From the human T2T-CHM13v2.0 reference genome, Homo sapiens, in assembly GCF_009914755.1 (NCBI RefSeq), contig NC_060940.1: DNA of 64,000 nucleotides. One strand, given 5' to 3'. Below the pieces are notes generated by a model, which had not been told where the DNA came from, searched no databases, and saw nothing but the letters and a program-made list of their open reading frames with translations. The position numbers were made by a program, and so were the translations under genes. The first letter of the stretch is position 1; every line of letters starts with the position of its first letter. Shown one piece after another: positions 45,701-62,500 of the stretch.

Positions 45701-48700
45701 TTCCAATCGATTCCATTTGATGTTTCCATTCGAGTCCAATTGATGATTCCATTCAATTCCATTCGATGATGATTCCGTAGGATTCCATTCTGTGATGATT
45801 CCATGTGATTGCATTCAATGATGATTCCTTTCGATTGCATTCGATTATGATTCATTTCGTGTTCATTCTATGGTTCCACAGGTTTCACATCGTGTCCATT
45901 CCATTATTCCATTCTATTCCATTTGATGATGATTCCATTCGATTCCATTCATTGGTGATTCCACTCAATTCCATTCAATGATTCCATTCCATTTCTTTCA
46001 ACAATGATTCCATTAGTTTCTAATCGATGATCCACTTGATTCCATTTGACGATGATTCCATTCTTGTCCATTCGATGATTCCATTTGATTCCATATGATG
46101 ATGATTCCATTCGATTCCATATGATGATGATGCCATTCGAGTCCATTCAATGGTGATTCCATTCAATTCCATTCGGTGATTCCTTTCGATTCCATTTGAT
46201 GATGATGGCATTTGATTCCTTTCAATCATTCCCTTTGATTCCACTCAAAGTTGATTTCATTCAAGTCCATTCGATAATTGCATTCGATTCCATTCTATGA
46301 TGATTCCATTCGAGTCCATTTGATGATTCCATTCAATTCAAGTCAATGATGTTTCCATTCGATTCCATTCGATGATTCCATTGGATTCCATTCGATGATG
46401 ATTCCATTCAAATCCATTCGATAATTCAATTCACGTCCATTCGATGATGATTCCAATCGAATCCATTCAAAGATTCCATTCAATTCCATTCGATGATTCC
46501 CTTAGATTCCATTCGATGATTCCACTTGATTGCATTTACGATGATTCCATTCGATTCCATGTGATGATTCCATTCAATTCTATTCAATGATGTTTCCATT
46601 TGATTCCATTCGACCATGATTGCCTTTGATTCCATTCAATGATTCCATTCGGTTCCGTTTGATGATGATTCCGTTCGATTCCATTTGATGATTCCATTTG
46701 ATTCCATTGGATGAGTCCATTCGATTACATTCGATGATTATTCCATTCGAGTGCATTAGATGATTCCATTCGAGTCCATTCGATGATTCCATTCGAGTCC
46801 ATTCGATGTTGATTCTGTTCAAATCCATTCGATGATTCCACTCGATTCCATTCGATGACTCCATTTGATCCCATTCGATGATTTCCTTTGATTCCCTTTG
46901 ATGATCATTCCATTTGATTCAATTCGGTGATTTCATTGGATTCCATTCAGTGATGTTTCCATTCGACTCCATTCGATGATGATTCCATTCGACTACATTC
47001 GATTATGATTTCATTCAATTCCATTCGATAAAGATTCCCTTCGAGTCCAATCGATGATTCCATTCGATTCCATACAACGATGATTTGATTCGTGTCCATT
47101 CGATGATTCCATTTGATTCCACTTGATGAGGATTCCATTCGACTCCATTTGATGATTCCATTCAATTCCATTCTCCGATGATTTCTTTTGAGCCCATTCA
47201 ATGCTTCCACTCGATTACATATGATGATGACTCCATTCGATGAAACTCGATGATGATTCCATTCGCTTGCTTTCGATGATGATTCCACTTGAGTCCGTTA
47301 GAAGATTCTATTCAATTACATTCCATGACGATTCTGTTCGAGTCCATTTGATGATTCCATTACACTCCATTCGACAATGATTCCATTCAATGTTATTCGA
47401 TGATTCCATTCGATCTCATTCGATGATGATTCCATTCAACTCCATTCGATGTTTCCATTCGAGTTCATTCTATTATTCCATTAGATTCCATTCGATGATG
47501 ATTCCATTCGATTCCATTTGATGATTGCATTCTATTTCATTTGATGATGATTCCATTCGAGTCCATTCGATGATTCCATTCGAGTCCATTTAATGAATCC
47601 ATTGGTTTCAATTCTATGATGATTATATTGGATTCCATTCGTTGATGATTTCATTCGATTCCATTCAATGATGATTCCATTCAATTCCATTCAATGATTC
47701 CATTCAATTCCATACGATGATGATTCCATTTGATTTGATTCAACAGTGAGCCATTCGATTCAATTCCATGATGATTCTATTTGATTCACTTGGTTGACAT
47801 TTCCATTCGGTTCCATTCGATGATGATTCCATTTGATTCCATTCAAAGATGATTCCATTCTAGCCCATTCAATCATTCCATTCGATTCTATTCAATGATG
47901 ATTCCATTCATGTCGATTTGGTGATTCCATTTGACTTCATTTGATGATGATTCCTTTCAAGTTCATTAGATGATTCCATTCGATTCCATTTGATGATGAT
48001 CCCATTCGAGTCCATTCAGTGATTCCACTCGTTTCCATTCCATGATGATTCCATTCCATTCCATTCAATGATTCCATTCGATTCCGTTTGATGATGATTT
48101 CATTCGAGTCCATTTGATGATTCCATTTGATTCCATTCGATGATGATTCCATTCGAGTCCATTCGATGATTCTATTCGAATCCATTTGATGATTTCTTTT
48201 GATTATATTTGGTGATGATTCCATTGGAGTCCATTCAATGATTCCATTCGATTCCAATCGATGGTGGTTCCATTAGATTCCATTTAATGATTCCATTTGA
48301 TTCCAGTCTCTGATGTTTACATTCGAGTCCATACGATGATTCCACTCAATTCCATATGATGATGATTCCATTCGATTCCATTCGATGATTCCATTCTATT
48401 CTATTCAAAGGTGATTCCATTCGAGTACATTAGATGATTCCATTCGATTCCATTCAATGATGATTCTATTTGTGTCCCTTAGATGATTCCACATGATTCC
48501 ATTAGATGATGATACTATTTGAGCCCATCCAATGATTCCCTTCGATTCCATTCGATGAGGATTCCATTCGATTCAATTCATTGGTGATTCTATTCAATTC
48601 AATTCTTTGATTCAATTCCATTCCATTCGACAATGATTCCATTCGATTTCTTTCGATGATTCCACTCAATTTCACTTGACATTGATTCCATTCGATTCCA

Positions 48701-50675
48701 TTCAATGATTCCATTTGATTCCAGTGGATGATGATTGCCGTCGATTCCATTCGATCACTCCATTCTGTTCCATTTGATGATGATTACATTCGATTCCATT
48801 TGATGATTCCATCTGATTCTATTCGAGGATTCCATTTGATTCCATTCGATGATGATTCCATTCGAGTCCATTCGATGATTTCATTCGAGTACATCCAATG
48901 ATTCCATTCGAGTCCATTTGATGATTCCATTTCATTCCATTTGATTATGATTCTACTAGAGTCCATTCAATGACTCCATTCGAGTCCATTCAACAGTTCC
49001 ATCCGAGTCCATTCGATGATTCCATTCGATTCCATTTGATCATTCCATTCGAGTACATTTAATCATTACAGTCGAGTCCATTTGGTGATTCCACTGGATT
49101 TCTTTTGATAATGATACCATTCAATTACATTTGATGATGATCCCATTCAATTTCATTTGATGATGATTCCATTAGAGTCCATTCCATGATTTCATTCGAG
49201 TCCCTTCATTGATTCCATCCGATTTCATTGGATGATGACTCCATTCGAGTCCATTCGATGATTCCACTCGATTCCATTAGATGATTCCATTGGAGTCCAT
49301 TTGATTGTTCCATTCGATTCCATTCGATTCCTTTCGAAGATTATTCCATTTGAGTCCATTCGATGATGATTCCATTCCATTCCATTCGATGATTCCGTTT
49401 GATTCCATTCGATGATTCCCTGCGATTCCTTTCTATGATGATTCCATTCCATTCCATTCAATGATTCCATTTGAATCTATTCCATGATGATTCCTTTCGA
49501 TTCCATTCGCTGATGTTTCCGTTCAATTCCATTCGATGATGATTCCATTCGATTCCATTCATTGAGGATTCCATTGGATTCCATTCAATGATGATTCCAT
49601 TCTATTCCATTCAATGATTGCATTCAATTCCATTCAATGATTATGCCATTAGAGTAAATTCAACGATTCCATTCAATACCATTCGATGATGATTCCTTTT
49701 GAGTCCATTCAATGATTTCATTCAAGTCCATTTGATGATTCCTTTCAATTCCATTCCATGATGATTCCATTCGAGTCCATTCGATGATTCCATTCGATTG
49801 CATTCGATGATTCCATTATATTCCATTCAACGATGATTCCATTCGAGTCCATTCGATGATTCCATTAGAGTACATTTAATGATTGCTTTGTTTTCAATTC
49901 GAAGATGATTACATTGGATTCCATTCTATGATTCCATTCGATTGCATTCATTGATGATTCCACCCAATTCCATTCGATGATGATTCCATTCGATTTCAAT
50001 GATTCTACTCGATTCCATTCAATGATGATTCAATTCTATTCCGTTTGATGATTCCATTAGATTCCATTCTATGATGATTCCATTCGAGTCCATTCGAAGA
50101 TTTCATTCGATTACATTCCATGACGATTCCATTCGAGTCCATTCGATGATTCCATTTGAATCCATTCGACGATGATTCCATTTGATGCTATTCGATGATT
50201 CCATTGGATTCCATTCGATGATGATTCCATTCGACTTGATTTGATGTTTCTATTTGAGTCCATTCGGTTATTTTATTAGACTACATTCGATGATGATTCC
50301 ATTCGATGCCATTCAGTGGTTCCATTTGATTCCACTCAATGATGATTGCATTCGTGTCCATTCGATGATTCCATTTGGTTCCATTTGATGATGATTCCAT
50401 TCGAGTCCATTCGATGATACCATTCAATTCCATTCGATGATCATTCCATTCGAATCCATTTGATGATTCCACTCAATTCCATTTGATGACTCCTTTCATT
50501 CCCATTCGATGATTCCCTTCAGTTCCAATTGGATGATCTTTCCATTTGATTCAATATGGTGACTCCATTCTATTATATTCAATGATGATTCCATTCGACT
50601 CCATTAGATGATGACTTCATTCCATTCCATTCGATTGTGATTTCATTCGATTCCATTCGAAGATGATTCCATTCG
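42775..50675 (+). repeat. 11.8-kb nested repeat unit, copy 3 (truncated after ~7.9 kb)
   Basis: The offset to copy 2 is 11,824, then 11,829, then 11,806 (36131->47937, 37419->49225, 38475->50281). Collinearity ends near 50,680. Confidence 0.85.
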
Positions 50676-50679
50676 AGTC

Positions 50680-53557
50680 CATTCGATGATTCCATTCGAT
50701 TTCATTCAACGATGATTTGATTCGTGTCCATTCGATGATTCCATTTGATTCCACTTGATGATGATTCCATTCGAGTCCATTTGATGATTCCATTCAATTC
50801 CATTCTCCGATGACTTCTTTTGAGCCCATTCAATGCTTCCACTCGATTCCATATGATGATGACTCCATTCGATGAAATTCGATGATGATTCCATTCGCTT
50901 GCATTCGATGATGATTCCACTTGAGTCCACTAGAAGATTCTATTCAATTACATTCCAAGACGATTCCGTTCGAGTCCATTTGATGATTCCATTAGACTCC
51001 ATTCGACGATGATTCCATTCGAGGTTATTCGATGATTCCATTCGATCTCATTCGATGATGATTCCATTCAACTCCATTCGATGTTTCCATTCGAGTTCAT
51101 TCTATTATTCCATTAGATTCCATTCGATGATGATTCCATTCGATTCCATTTGATGATTGCATTCTATTTCATTTGATGATGATTCCATTCGAGTCCACTC
51201 GATGATTCCATTCGAGTCCACTCGATGATTCCATTCGAGTCCATTTAATGAATATATTGGTTTCAATTCTATGATGATTACATTGGATTACATTCGTTGA
51301 TGATTTCATTCGGTTCCATTCAATGATGATTCCATTCAATTCCTTTCAATGTTTCCATTCAATTCCATACGATGATGATTCCATTTGATTTGATTCGACA
51401 GTGGGCCATTCGATTCAATTCCATGATGATTCTATTTGATTCAATTGGTTGACATTTCCATTCGATTCCATTCGATGATGATTCCCTTTGATTCCGTTCA
51501 AAGATGATTCCATTCTAGCCCATTCAATCATTCCATTCGATTCTATTCAATGATGATTCCATTCATGTCGATTTGGTGATTCCATTTGACTTCATTTGAT
51601 GATGATTCCTTTCAAGTTCATTAGATGATTCCATTCGATTCCATTTGATGATGATCCCATTCGAGTCCATTCAGTGATTCCACTCGTTTCCATTCCATGA
51701 TGATTCCATTCCATTCCATTCAATGATTCCATTCGATTCCGTTTGATGATGATTTCATTCGAGTCCATTTGATGATTCCATTTCATTCCATTCGATGATG
51801 ATTCCATTCGAGTCCATTTGATGATTCTATTCGAATCCATTTGATGATTTCTTTTGATTATAGTTGGTGATGATTCCATTGGAGTCCATTCAATGATTCC
51901 ATTCTATTCCAATCGATGATGATTCCATTAGAGTCCATTTAATGATTCCATTTGATTCCAGTCTCTGATGATTACATTCGAGTCCATACGATGATTCCAC
52001 TCAATTCCATATGATGATGATTCCATTCGATTCCATTCGATGATTCCATTCTATTCTATTCAATGGTGATTCCATTCGATTCCATTCAATGATGATTCTA
52101 TTTGTGTCCCTTAGATGATTCCACATGATTCCATTAGATGATGATACTATTTGAGCCCATCCAATGATTCCCTTCGATTCCATTCGATGAGGATTCCATT
52201 CGATTCAGTTCATTGGTGATTCTATTCAATTCAATTCTTTGATTCCATTCCATTCCATTCGACAATGATTCCATTCGATTTCTTTCGATGATTCCACTCG
52301 ATTCCACTTGACATTGATTCCCTTCGATTCCATTCAATGATTCCATTTGATTCCAGTGGATGATGATTGCCATCGATTCCATTCGATCACTCCATTCTAT
52401 TCCATTTGATGATGATTACATTCGATTCCATTTGACGATTCCATCTGATTCTATTCGAGGATTCCATTTGATTCCATTCGATGATGATTCCATTCGAGTC
52501 CATTCGATGATTTCATTCGAGTACATCCAATGATTCCATTCGAGTCCATTTGATGATTCCATTTGATTCCATTTGATAATGATTCTACTAGAGGCCATTC
52601 AATGACTCCATTGGAGTCCATTCAACAATTCCATTCGACTCCATTTGATGATTCCATTCGATTCCATTTGATGATTCCATTCGAGTCCATTTAATCATTA
52701 CAGTCGAGTCCATTTGGTGATTCCACCGGATTTCTTTTGATAATGATACCATTCAATTACATTTGATGATGATCCCATTCAATTTCATTTGATGGTGATT
52801 CCATTAGAGTCCATTCGATGATTTCATTCGAGTCCCTTCATTGATTCCATCCGATTTCATTGGATGATGACTCCATTCGAGTCCATTCGATGATTCCACT
52901 CGATTCCATTAGATGATTCCATTGGAGTCCATTTGATTGTTCCATTCGATTCCATTCGATTTCTTTCGAAGATTATTCCATTTGAGTCCATTCGATGATG
53001 ATTCCATTTCATTCCATTCGATGATTCCGTTTGATTCCATTCGATGATTCCCTTCGATTCCTTTCTTTGATGATTCCATTCCATTCCATTCAATGATTCC
53101 ATTCGAATCTATTCCATGATGATTCCTTTCGATTCCATTCGCTGATGTTTCCTTTCAATTCCATTCGATGATGATTCCATTCGATTCCATTCATTGAGGA
53201 TTCCATTTGATTCCATTCAATGATGATTCCGTTCTATTCCATTCAATGATTGCATTCAATTCCATTCAATGATTATCCCCTTAGAGTAAACTCAACGATT
53301 CCATTCAATACCATTCGATGGTGTTTCCTTTTGAGTCCATTCAATGATTTCATTCAAGTCCATTTGATGATTCCTTTCAATTCCATTCTATGATGATTCC
53401 ATTCGAGTCCATTCGATGATTCCATTCGATTGCATTCGATGATTCCATTATATTCCAGTCAACGATGATTCCATTCGAGTCCATTCCATGATTCCATTAG
53501 AGTACATTTAATGATTGCTTTGTTTTCAATTCGAAGATGATTACATTGGATTCCATT
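50680..53557 (+). repeat. Partial 6.1-kb-type unit homologous to 13,110-15,988
   Basis: Offset 37,569 (13137->50706, 14565->52134, 15288->52857, 15989->53558). Shared private variants are TTCCACCGGA and TATAGTTGGTG. One +23 bp change (~51,200) and one -23 bp change (~52,075) cancel. Confidence 0.8.
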
Positions 53558-56500
53558 CTATGATACCATTCGATTCCATTCAATGATGATTCCACTCAAA
53601 TCCATTGGATGATTCCATTCGTGTCCATTCGGTGATTTCATTAGATTCCATTCGAGGATGATTCCATTCGATTCCATTCGATGATTCCATTCAATTCCAT
53701 TCGATGATGATTCCATTCCAGTCCATATGATCATTCCATTTGATTTCATTCGATGATGATTCCATTCGATTCCATTCGATGATTCCATTCTATTCCATTC
53801 GATGATGATTCCATTCGAGTCCATTCGATGATTCCATTCGAGTCCATTTAATGATTCCATTGGGTTCAATTCAATGATGATTACATTGGATTCCGTTCTA
53901 TGATTCCATTCAATTCCTTTCATTGACAATTTGATTCCATTCGATGATGATTCAATTTGAGTTCATTCGATGATTCTATTCGATTCTCTTCGATGGTGAT
54001 TCAATTCTATTATATTGGATGATTCCATTCGATTCCATTTGATGTTGATTCAATTCGATTCTATTCGATGATGATTCCATTGGATTTCACTTGATGATTC
54101 TATTCGATTCCATTCAATGATGATTCACTTCTCGTCCATTGGATGATTCCATTTCATTCCATTCGATGATGATTTCCTTCGATTCCATGCGACGGTGAGC
54201 AATTCGATTCAATTCCATGATGATTCTATTTGATTCAATTAGATGATGTTTCCATTCGAATCCATTCCATGATTATTCCATTGGAATCCATTTGGCGATG
54301 ATTCCATATGAGTCAATTCAATGATGATTCCATATGGGTCCGTTCGATGATAATTCCATTTGATTTCATTCAATGCTTCTATTCTATTCCAGTCAATGAT
54401 GATTCCGTTGGAGTCCATACGATGATTCCATTTGATTTCATTTGATGATGATTCCATTCGATGATGATTACATTGGATTCCATTCTATGATTCCATTCAA
54501 TTCCATTCGTTGATGATTCGATTCCATTCAATGATGATTCCATTTGAGTTCATTCGATGATTCTATTTGATTCCGTTCGATGGTGATTCAATTCTATTAT
54601 ATTGGATGATTCCACTCGATTCCATTTGATGATTATTCCATTGGAGTCCACTTAGTGAATCCTTTAGATTCTACTCGAAGATGATTCCATTCGAGTCCAT
54701 TCAATGATACCATTCAATTTCATTCGTTGATGCTTCCATTCAAGTGCATTCGATGATATCATTCGATTCCATTTGATGATAATTCCATTTGATTCCATGC
54801 GATGATTCTATTCGATTCCATTCAATGATAATTCCATTCAATTCAGTGATTCCTCTGGACTCCATTTGATGATGATACCATTCAATGATTCCATTCGATT
54901 CTATTCCAAAATGATTCCATTTGAATCCATTTGATGATGATTCCATTAGATTCCATTTGATGATTCCATTCGATTGCATTTGACGATGATTCCATTCGAT
55001 TCCATTTGATGATTCCATTCTATTCTATTCGATGATGATTCCATTCGATTCCATTTGATGATGATTGGATTCGATTCCATTTGATGATTTCATTTGATTC
55101 CATTCGTTAATGATTTCGATCAACTCCATTCGATGATTCCATTTGATTCCATTCGATAATGATTACATCCGAGTCCATTCGATGATTCCATTTGAGCCCG
55201 TTCGATAATTCCATTTGAGTCCAATCAATGATTCCATTCATTTCCATTCAATGATTCCATTCGAGTCCATTTGATCATTCTGGTAGGGTCCGTTCGATGT
55301 TGATTCCATTGGAGTGCATTCGATGATTCCATTCGAGTCCATTTTATGATTTGATTCGAGTCCTTTCGATGATTCCATTCGATTCCACTCGATGATGATT
55401 TCATTCGAGTCCATTCGACACTTCCAATCGATTCCATTTGATGTTTCCATTCGAGTCCAATTGATGATTCCATTCAATTCCATTCGATGATGATTCCGTA
55501 CGATTCCATTCTGTGATGATTCCATGTGATTGCATTCAATGATGATTCCTTTCGACTGCATTTGATTATGATTCATTTCGTGTTCATTCTATGGTTCCAC
55601 AGGTTTCCATTCGATGACGTTTCCGTTCGTGTCCATTCCATTATTCCATTCTATTTCATTTGATGATGATTCCATTCGATTCCATTCATTGGTGATTCCA
55701 CTCAATTCCATTCAATGATTCCATTCCATTTCTTTCAACAATGATTCCATTACTTTCTATTCGATGATCCACTTGATTCCATTTGGCGATGATTCCATTC
55801 GTGTCCATTCGATGATTCCATTTGATTCCATATGATGATGATTCCATTCGATTCCATACCATGATGATTCCATTCGAGTCCATTCAATGGTGATTCCATT
55901 CAATTCCATTCGATGATTCCTTCCGATTCCATTCGATGATGATGGCATTCGATTCCTTTCAATCATTCCCTTTGATTCCATTCAAAGGTGATTTCATTCA
56001 AGTCCATTCGATAATTGCATTCGATTCCATTCTATGATGATTCCATTCGAGTCCATTTGATGATTCCATTCAATTCAAGTCAATGATGATTCCATTTAAT
56101 TCCACTCGATGATTCCATTGGATTCAATTCGATGATGATTCCATTCAAATCCATTCGATAATTCAATTCAAGTCCATTCGATGATGATTCCAATCGAATC
56201 CATTCAAAGATTCCATTCAATTCCATTCGATGATGATTCCCTTAGATTCCATTCGATGATTCCACTTGATTCCATTTACGATGATTCCATTCGATTCCAT
56301 GTGATGAATCCATTCAATTCTATTCAATGATGTTTCCATTTGATTCCATTGGACCATGATTGCCTTTGATTCCATTCAATGATTCCATTCGGTTCCATTT
56401 GATGATGATTCCGTTCGATTCCATTTCATTATTCCATTTGATTCCATTGGATGAGTCCATTCGATTACATTCGATGATTATTCCATTCGAGTGCATTAGA

Positions 56501-59500
56501 TGATTGCATTCGAGTCCATTCGATGATTCCATTCGATTCCATTCGATGTTGATTCTGTTCAAATCCATTCGATGATTCCACTCGATTCCATTCGATGACT
56601 CCATTTGATCCCATTCGATGATTTCCTGTGATTCCCTTTGATGATCATTCTATTTGATTCAATTCGGTGATTTCATTTCATTCCATTCAGTGATGTTTCC
56701 ATTCGACTGTATTCGATGATGATTCCATTCGACTCCATTCGATTATGATTTCATTCAATTCCATTCAATAATGATTCCCTTCGAGTCCATTCGATGATTC
56801 CATTCGATTCCATTCAACGATGATTTGATTCGTTTCCATTCGATGATTCCATTTGATTCCACTTGATGATGATTCCATTCGAGTCCATTTGATGATTCCA
56901 TTCGAGTCTATTTATGTATTATATTCGTGTCCACTTCATGATTCCATTCAATTCCATTTAATGTTGATTCCATTTGATTCCATTTGATGATTCAGTTCGA
57001 TTCCTTGCAATGATTCCCTACGATTCCTTTCTCTGATGATTCCATTCGATTCCATTCATTGATGATTTCATTCGACTCCATTCGATGATGATTCCTTTCG
57101 ATTCCATTTGACGATGTTTCCATTCGAGTCCATTCGATGATGATTCTATTCAATTCTGTTCTATTATGATTCCATTCGATTTCATTCAATGCTTCTATTT
57201 GATTCCATTCGATGATGATTCCATCTCTTTCCCTTCGATGATTCCATTTGATTCCATTCAGTGATGATTCCATTTGATTCCATCTGATGATGATTTCACT
57301 TGATTCCTTTCAATGATGATTCAATTCAAGTCCATTCGATGATTCCATTGGAGTCCAAACGATCATTCCGTTCGATTCCATTCAATGGTGATTCCATTCA
57401 TGTCCATTCGATGAATCCATTCAATTCCATTCGATGATGACTCCATTCGAGTACATTCGATGATTCCATTTGATTCCATTTGAAGATGATTCCATTCAAT
57501 TCCATTCGAAGATGATTCCATTCAATTCCATTCGATGATGATTCCGTATGAATCCATTCTCTGATTATTCCATTCGATTCCATTCATTGACGATTCCATT
57601 CAATTCCATTCAATGATGATTCTCTTCTATTCCATTCGATGATTCCGGTCGATTCCATTCGATGATGATTCCATTAGATTCCATTCGATTGTTGCATTCG
57701 ATTCCCTTCGATGATGATTCCTTTGAATTCCATTCGATTATCATTCCGTATGAATCCATTTGATGATTATTCCATTGGATTCCTTTCGATGATGATTCCA
57801 TTCGATTCCATTTGATGATGTTTCTCTTGTATTCCATTGGATAATTCCTTTCAGTTCCCTTCGATGATTATTCTTTCGAGTCAATTCGATGATTCTATTC
57901 CATTCCCTTCGATGATGATTCCATTTCACTCCATTTGATGATTCCATTCGACTCAATTTGGGGATGATTCAATTCGATGACATTCGATGACTCCATTCAA
58001 TTTCATTTGATGATGATTACATTCGACTCCATTTGATGATTGTATTCCTTTCCTTTTGATGATTATTCCATTCGTGTCTATTCAAAGGTTCCATTCTATT
58101 CCATTCAATGATGATTGCATTTGATTCCATTCAATGATTATGGCTATCGATTCCACTCGTTGATTCCATTTGATTCCGTTCGATGATTATTCCGTTAGAT
58201 TCCATTAGAAGATTCCATTCGATTTTATTCAATGATTCCAATGGATTCCATTCAATGATGATTCCATTCGACTCCATTCAGTGATTCCATTCGAGTCCAT
58301 TTGATGATTCCATTCTTTTCCATTTGATGATGATTCCATTAGGGTCCATTCAATGATTCCATTCGAGTCCATTCGTTAATGCCTTTCGAGTCCTTTTGAT
58401 CACTACATTCGAGTCCATTCAATGATTCTATTCGATTCCATTCCATGATGATTCCATTCGAGTTCATTCGATGATTGCATTCGAGTCCATTTGATGATTC
58501 CATATGATTCCATTCGACAATGATTCCATTCGTGTCCATTTGATGATTCCATTCATTTCCTATCGATGAAGATTCCATTCAAGTGTATTCGATGATTCCA
58601 TTCAAATCCATTCGATGATGATTCCATTCCAGTCCATTCGATCATTCCACTTGATTCCATTTGATGACTATTCCATTCAAATCCATTTGATGATTCCATT
58701 CGATTCCATTCGATGTTACCATTCGAGTATATACGATGATTCCACTCGATTCCATTTGATGATTATTCCATTGGAGTCCACTTAGTGAATCCTTTAGATT
58801 CTACTGGAAGATGATTCCATTCGAGTCCATTCGATGATACCATTCAATTCCATTCGTTGATGCTTCCATTCAAGTGCATTCGATGATATCATTCGATTCC
58901 ATTTGATGATAATTCCATTTGATTCCATGTGATGATTCTATTCCATTCCATTCAATGATAATTCCATTCAATTCAGTGATTCCTCTGGACTCCATTTGAT
59001 GATGATTCCATTCAATGATTCCATTCGATTATATTCGAAAATGATTCCATTTGAATCCATTTGATGATGATTCCATTGGATTCCATTTGATGATTCCATT
59101 CGATTCCATTCGATGATGATTCCATTCGATTCCTTTTGATGAATCCATTCTATTGTATTCGATGATGATTCCATTCGATTCCATTCGATGATGATTGGAT
59201 TCGATTCCATTTGATGATTTCATTTGATTCCATTCGATAAGGATTTCGATCAATTCCATTCAATGATTCCATTCGATTCCATTCGATAATGATTACATCC
59301 GAGTCCATTCGATGATTCCATTTGAGCCCGTTCGATAATTCCATTTGAGTCCAATCAATGATTCCATTCATTTCCATTCAATGATTCCATTCGAGTCCAT
59401 TTGATCATTCCGGTAGGGTCCGTTCGATGTTGATTCCATTGGAGTGCATTCGATGATTCCATTCGAGTCCATTTTATGATTTGATTCGAGTCCTTTCGAT

Positions 59501-62500
59501 GATTCCATTCGATTCCACTCGATGATTTCATTCGAGTCCATTCGACACTTCCAATCGATTCCATTTGATGTTTCCATTCGATTCCAATTGATGATTCCAT
59601 TCAATTCCATTCGATGATGATTCCGTACGATTCCATTCTGTGATGATTCCATGTGATTGCATTCAATGATGATTCCTTTCGATTGCATTCGATTATGATT
59701 CATTTCGTGTTCATTCTATGGTTCCACAGGTTTCCATTCGATGATGTTTCCATTCGTGTCCATTCCATTATTCCATTCTATTCCATTTGAAGATGATTCC
59801 ATTCGATTCCATTCATTGGTGATTCCACTCAATTCCATTCAATGATTCCATTCCATTTCTTTCAACAATGATTCCATTAGTTTCTATTCGATGATCCACT
59901 TGATTCCATTTGACGATGATTCCATTCGTGTCCATTCGATGATTCCATTTGATTCCATATGATGATGATTCCATTCGATTCCATACGATGATGATTCCAT
60001 TCGAGTCCATTCAATGGTGATTCCATTCAATTCCATTCGATGATTCCTTTCGATTCCATTCAATGATGATGGCATTCGATTCCTTTCGATCATTCCCTTT
60101 GATTCCATTCAAAGGTGATTTCATTCAAGTCCATTCGATAATTGCATTCGATTCCATTCTATGATGATTCCATTCGAGTCCATTTGATGATTCCATTCAA
60201 TTCAAGTCAATGATGATTCCATTCGATTCCACTCGATGATTCCATTGGATTCCATTCGATGATGATTCCATTCAAATCCATTCGATAATTCAATTCAAGT
60301 CCATTCGATGATGATTCCAATCGAATCCATTCAAAGATTCCACTCAATTCCATTCGATGATGATTCCCTTAGATTCCATTCGATGATTCCACTTGATTCC
60401 ATTTACGATGATTCCATTCGATTCCATGTGATGATTCCATTCAATTCTATTCAATGATGTTTCCACTTGATTCCATTCGAACATGATTGCCTTTGATTCC
60501 ATTCAATGATTCCATACGGTTCCATTTGATGATGATTCCATTCGAGTCCATTCGATGATTCCATTAGAGTACATTTAATGATTGCTTTGTTTTCAATTCG
60601 AAGATGATTACATTGGATTCCATTCTATGATACCATTCGATTCCATTCAAAGATGATTCCACTCAAATCCATTGGATGATTCCATTCGTGTCCATTCGGT
60701 GATTTCATTAGATTCCATTCGAGGATGATTCCATTCGATTCCATTCGATGATTCCATTCAATTCCATTCGATGATGATTCCATTCCAGTCCATATGATCA
60801 TTCCATTTGATTTCATTCGATGATGATTCCATTCGATTCCATTCGATGATTCCATTCAATTCCATTCTCCGATGATTTCTTTTGAGCCCATTCAATGCTT
60901 CCACTCGATTCCATATGATGATGACTCCATTTGATGAAATTCCATGATGATTCCATTCGCTTGCATTCGATGATGATTCCACTTGAGTCCGTTAGAAGAT
61001 TCTATTCAATTACATTCCATGACGATTCTGTTCGAGTCCATTTGATGATTCCATTAGACTCCATTCGACGATGATTCCATTCGATGTTATTCGATGATGA
61101 TTCCATTCAAGTCCATTCGATGTTTCCATTCGAGTTCATTCTATTATTCCATTAGATTCCATTCGATGATGATTCCATTCGATTCCATTTGATGATTGCA
61201 TTCTATTTCATTTGATGATGATTCCATTCGAGTCCATTCGATGATTCCATTCGAGTCCCTTTAATGAATCCATTGGTTTCAATTCTATGATGATTACATT
61301 GGATTCCATACGTTGATGATTTCATTCGATTCCATTCAATGATGATTCCATTCAATTCCATTCAATGATTCCATTCAATTCCATACGATGATGATTCCAT
61401 TTGATTTGATTCGACAGTGAGCCATTCGATTCAATTCCATGATGATTCTATTTGATTCAATTGGTTGACATTTCCATTCGATTCCATTCGATGATGATTC
61501 CATTTGATTCCATTCAAAGATGATTCCATTCTAGCCCATTCAATCATTCCATTCGATTCTATTCAATGATGATTCCATTCATGTCGATTTGGTGATTCCA
61601 TTTGACTTCATTTGATGATGATTCCTTTCAAGTTCATTAGATGATTCCATTCGATTCCATTTGATGATGATCCCATTCGAGTCCATTCAGTGATTCCACT
61701 CGTTTCCATTCCATGATGATTCCATTCCATTCCATTCAATGATTCCATTCGATTCCGTTTGATGATGATTTCATTCGAGTCCATTTGATGATTCCATTTG
61801 ATTCCATTCGATGATGATTACATTCGAGTCCATACGATGATTCCACTCAATTCCATATGATGATGATTCCATTCGATTCCATTCGATGATTCCATTCTAT
61901 TCTATTCAATGGTGATTCCCTTCGAGTACATTAGATGATTCCATTCGATTCCATTCAATGATGATTCTATTTGTGTCCCTTAGATGGTTCCACATGATTC
62001 CATTTCATGATGATACTATTTGAGCCCATCCAATGATTCCCTTCGATTCCATTCGATGAGGATTCCATTCGATTCAATTCATTGGTGATTCTATTCAATT
62101 CAATTCTTTGATTCCATTCCATTCCATTCGACAATGATTCCATTCGATTTCTTTCGATGATTCCACTCGATTCCACTTGACATTGATTCCCTTCGATTCC
62201 ATTCAATGATTCCATTTGATTCCAGTGGATGATGATTGCCATCGATTCCATTCGATCACTCCATTCTATTCCATTTGATGATGATTACATTCGATTCCAT
62301 TTGACGATTCCATCTGATTCTATTCGAGGATTCCATTTGATTCCATTCGATGATGATTCCCTTCGAGTCCATTCGATGATTTCATTCGAGTACATCCAAT
62401 GATTCCATTCGAGTCCATTTGATGATTCCATTTGATTCCATTTGATAATGATTCTACTAGAGTCCATTCAATGACTCCATTGGAGTCCATTCAACAATTC

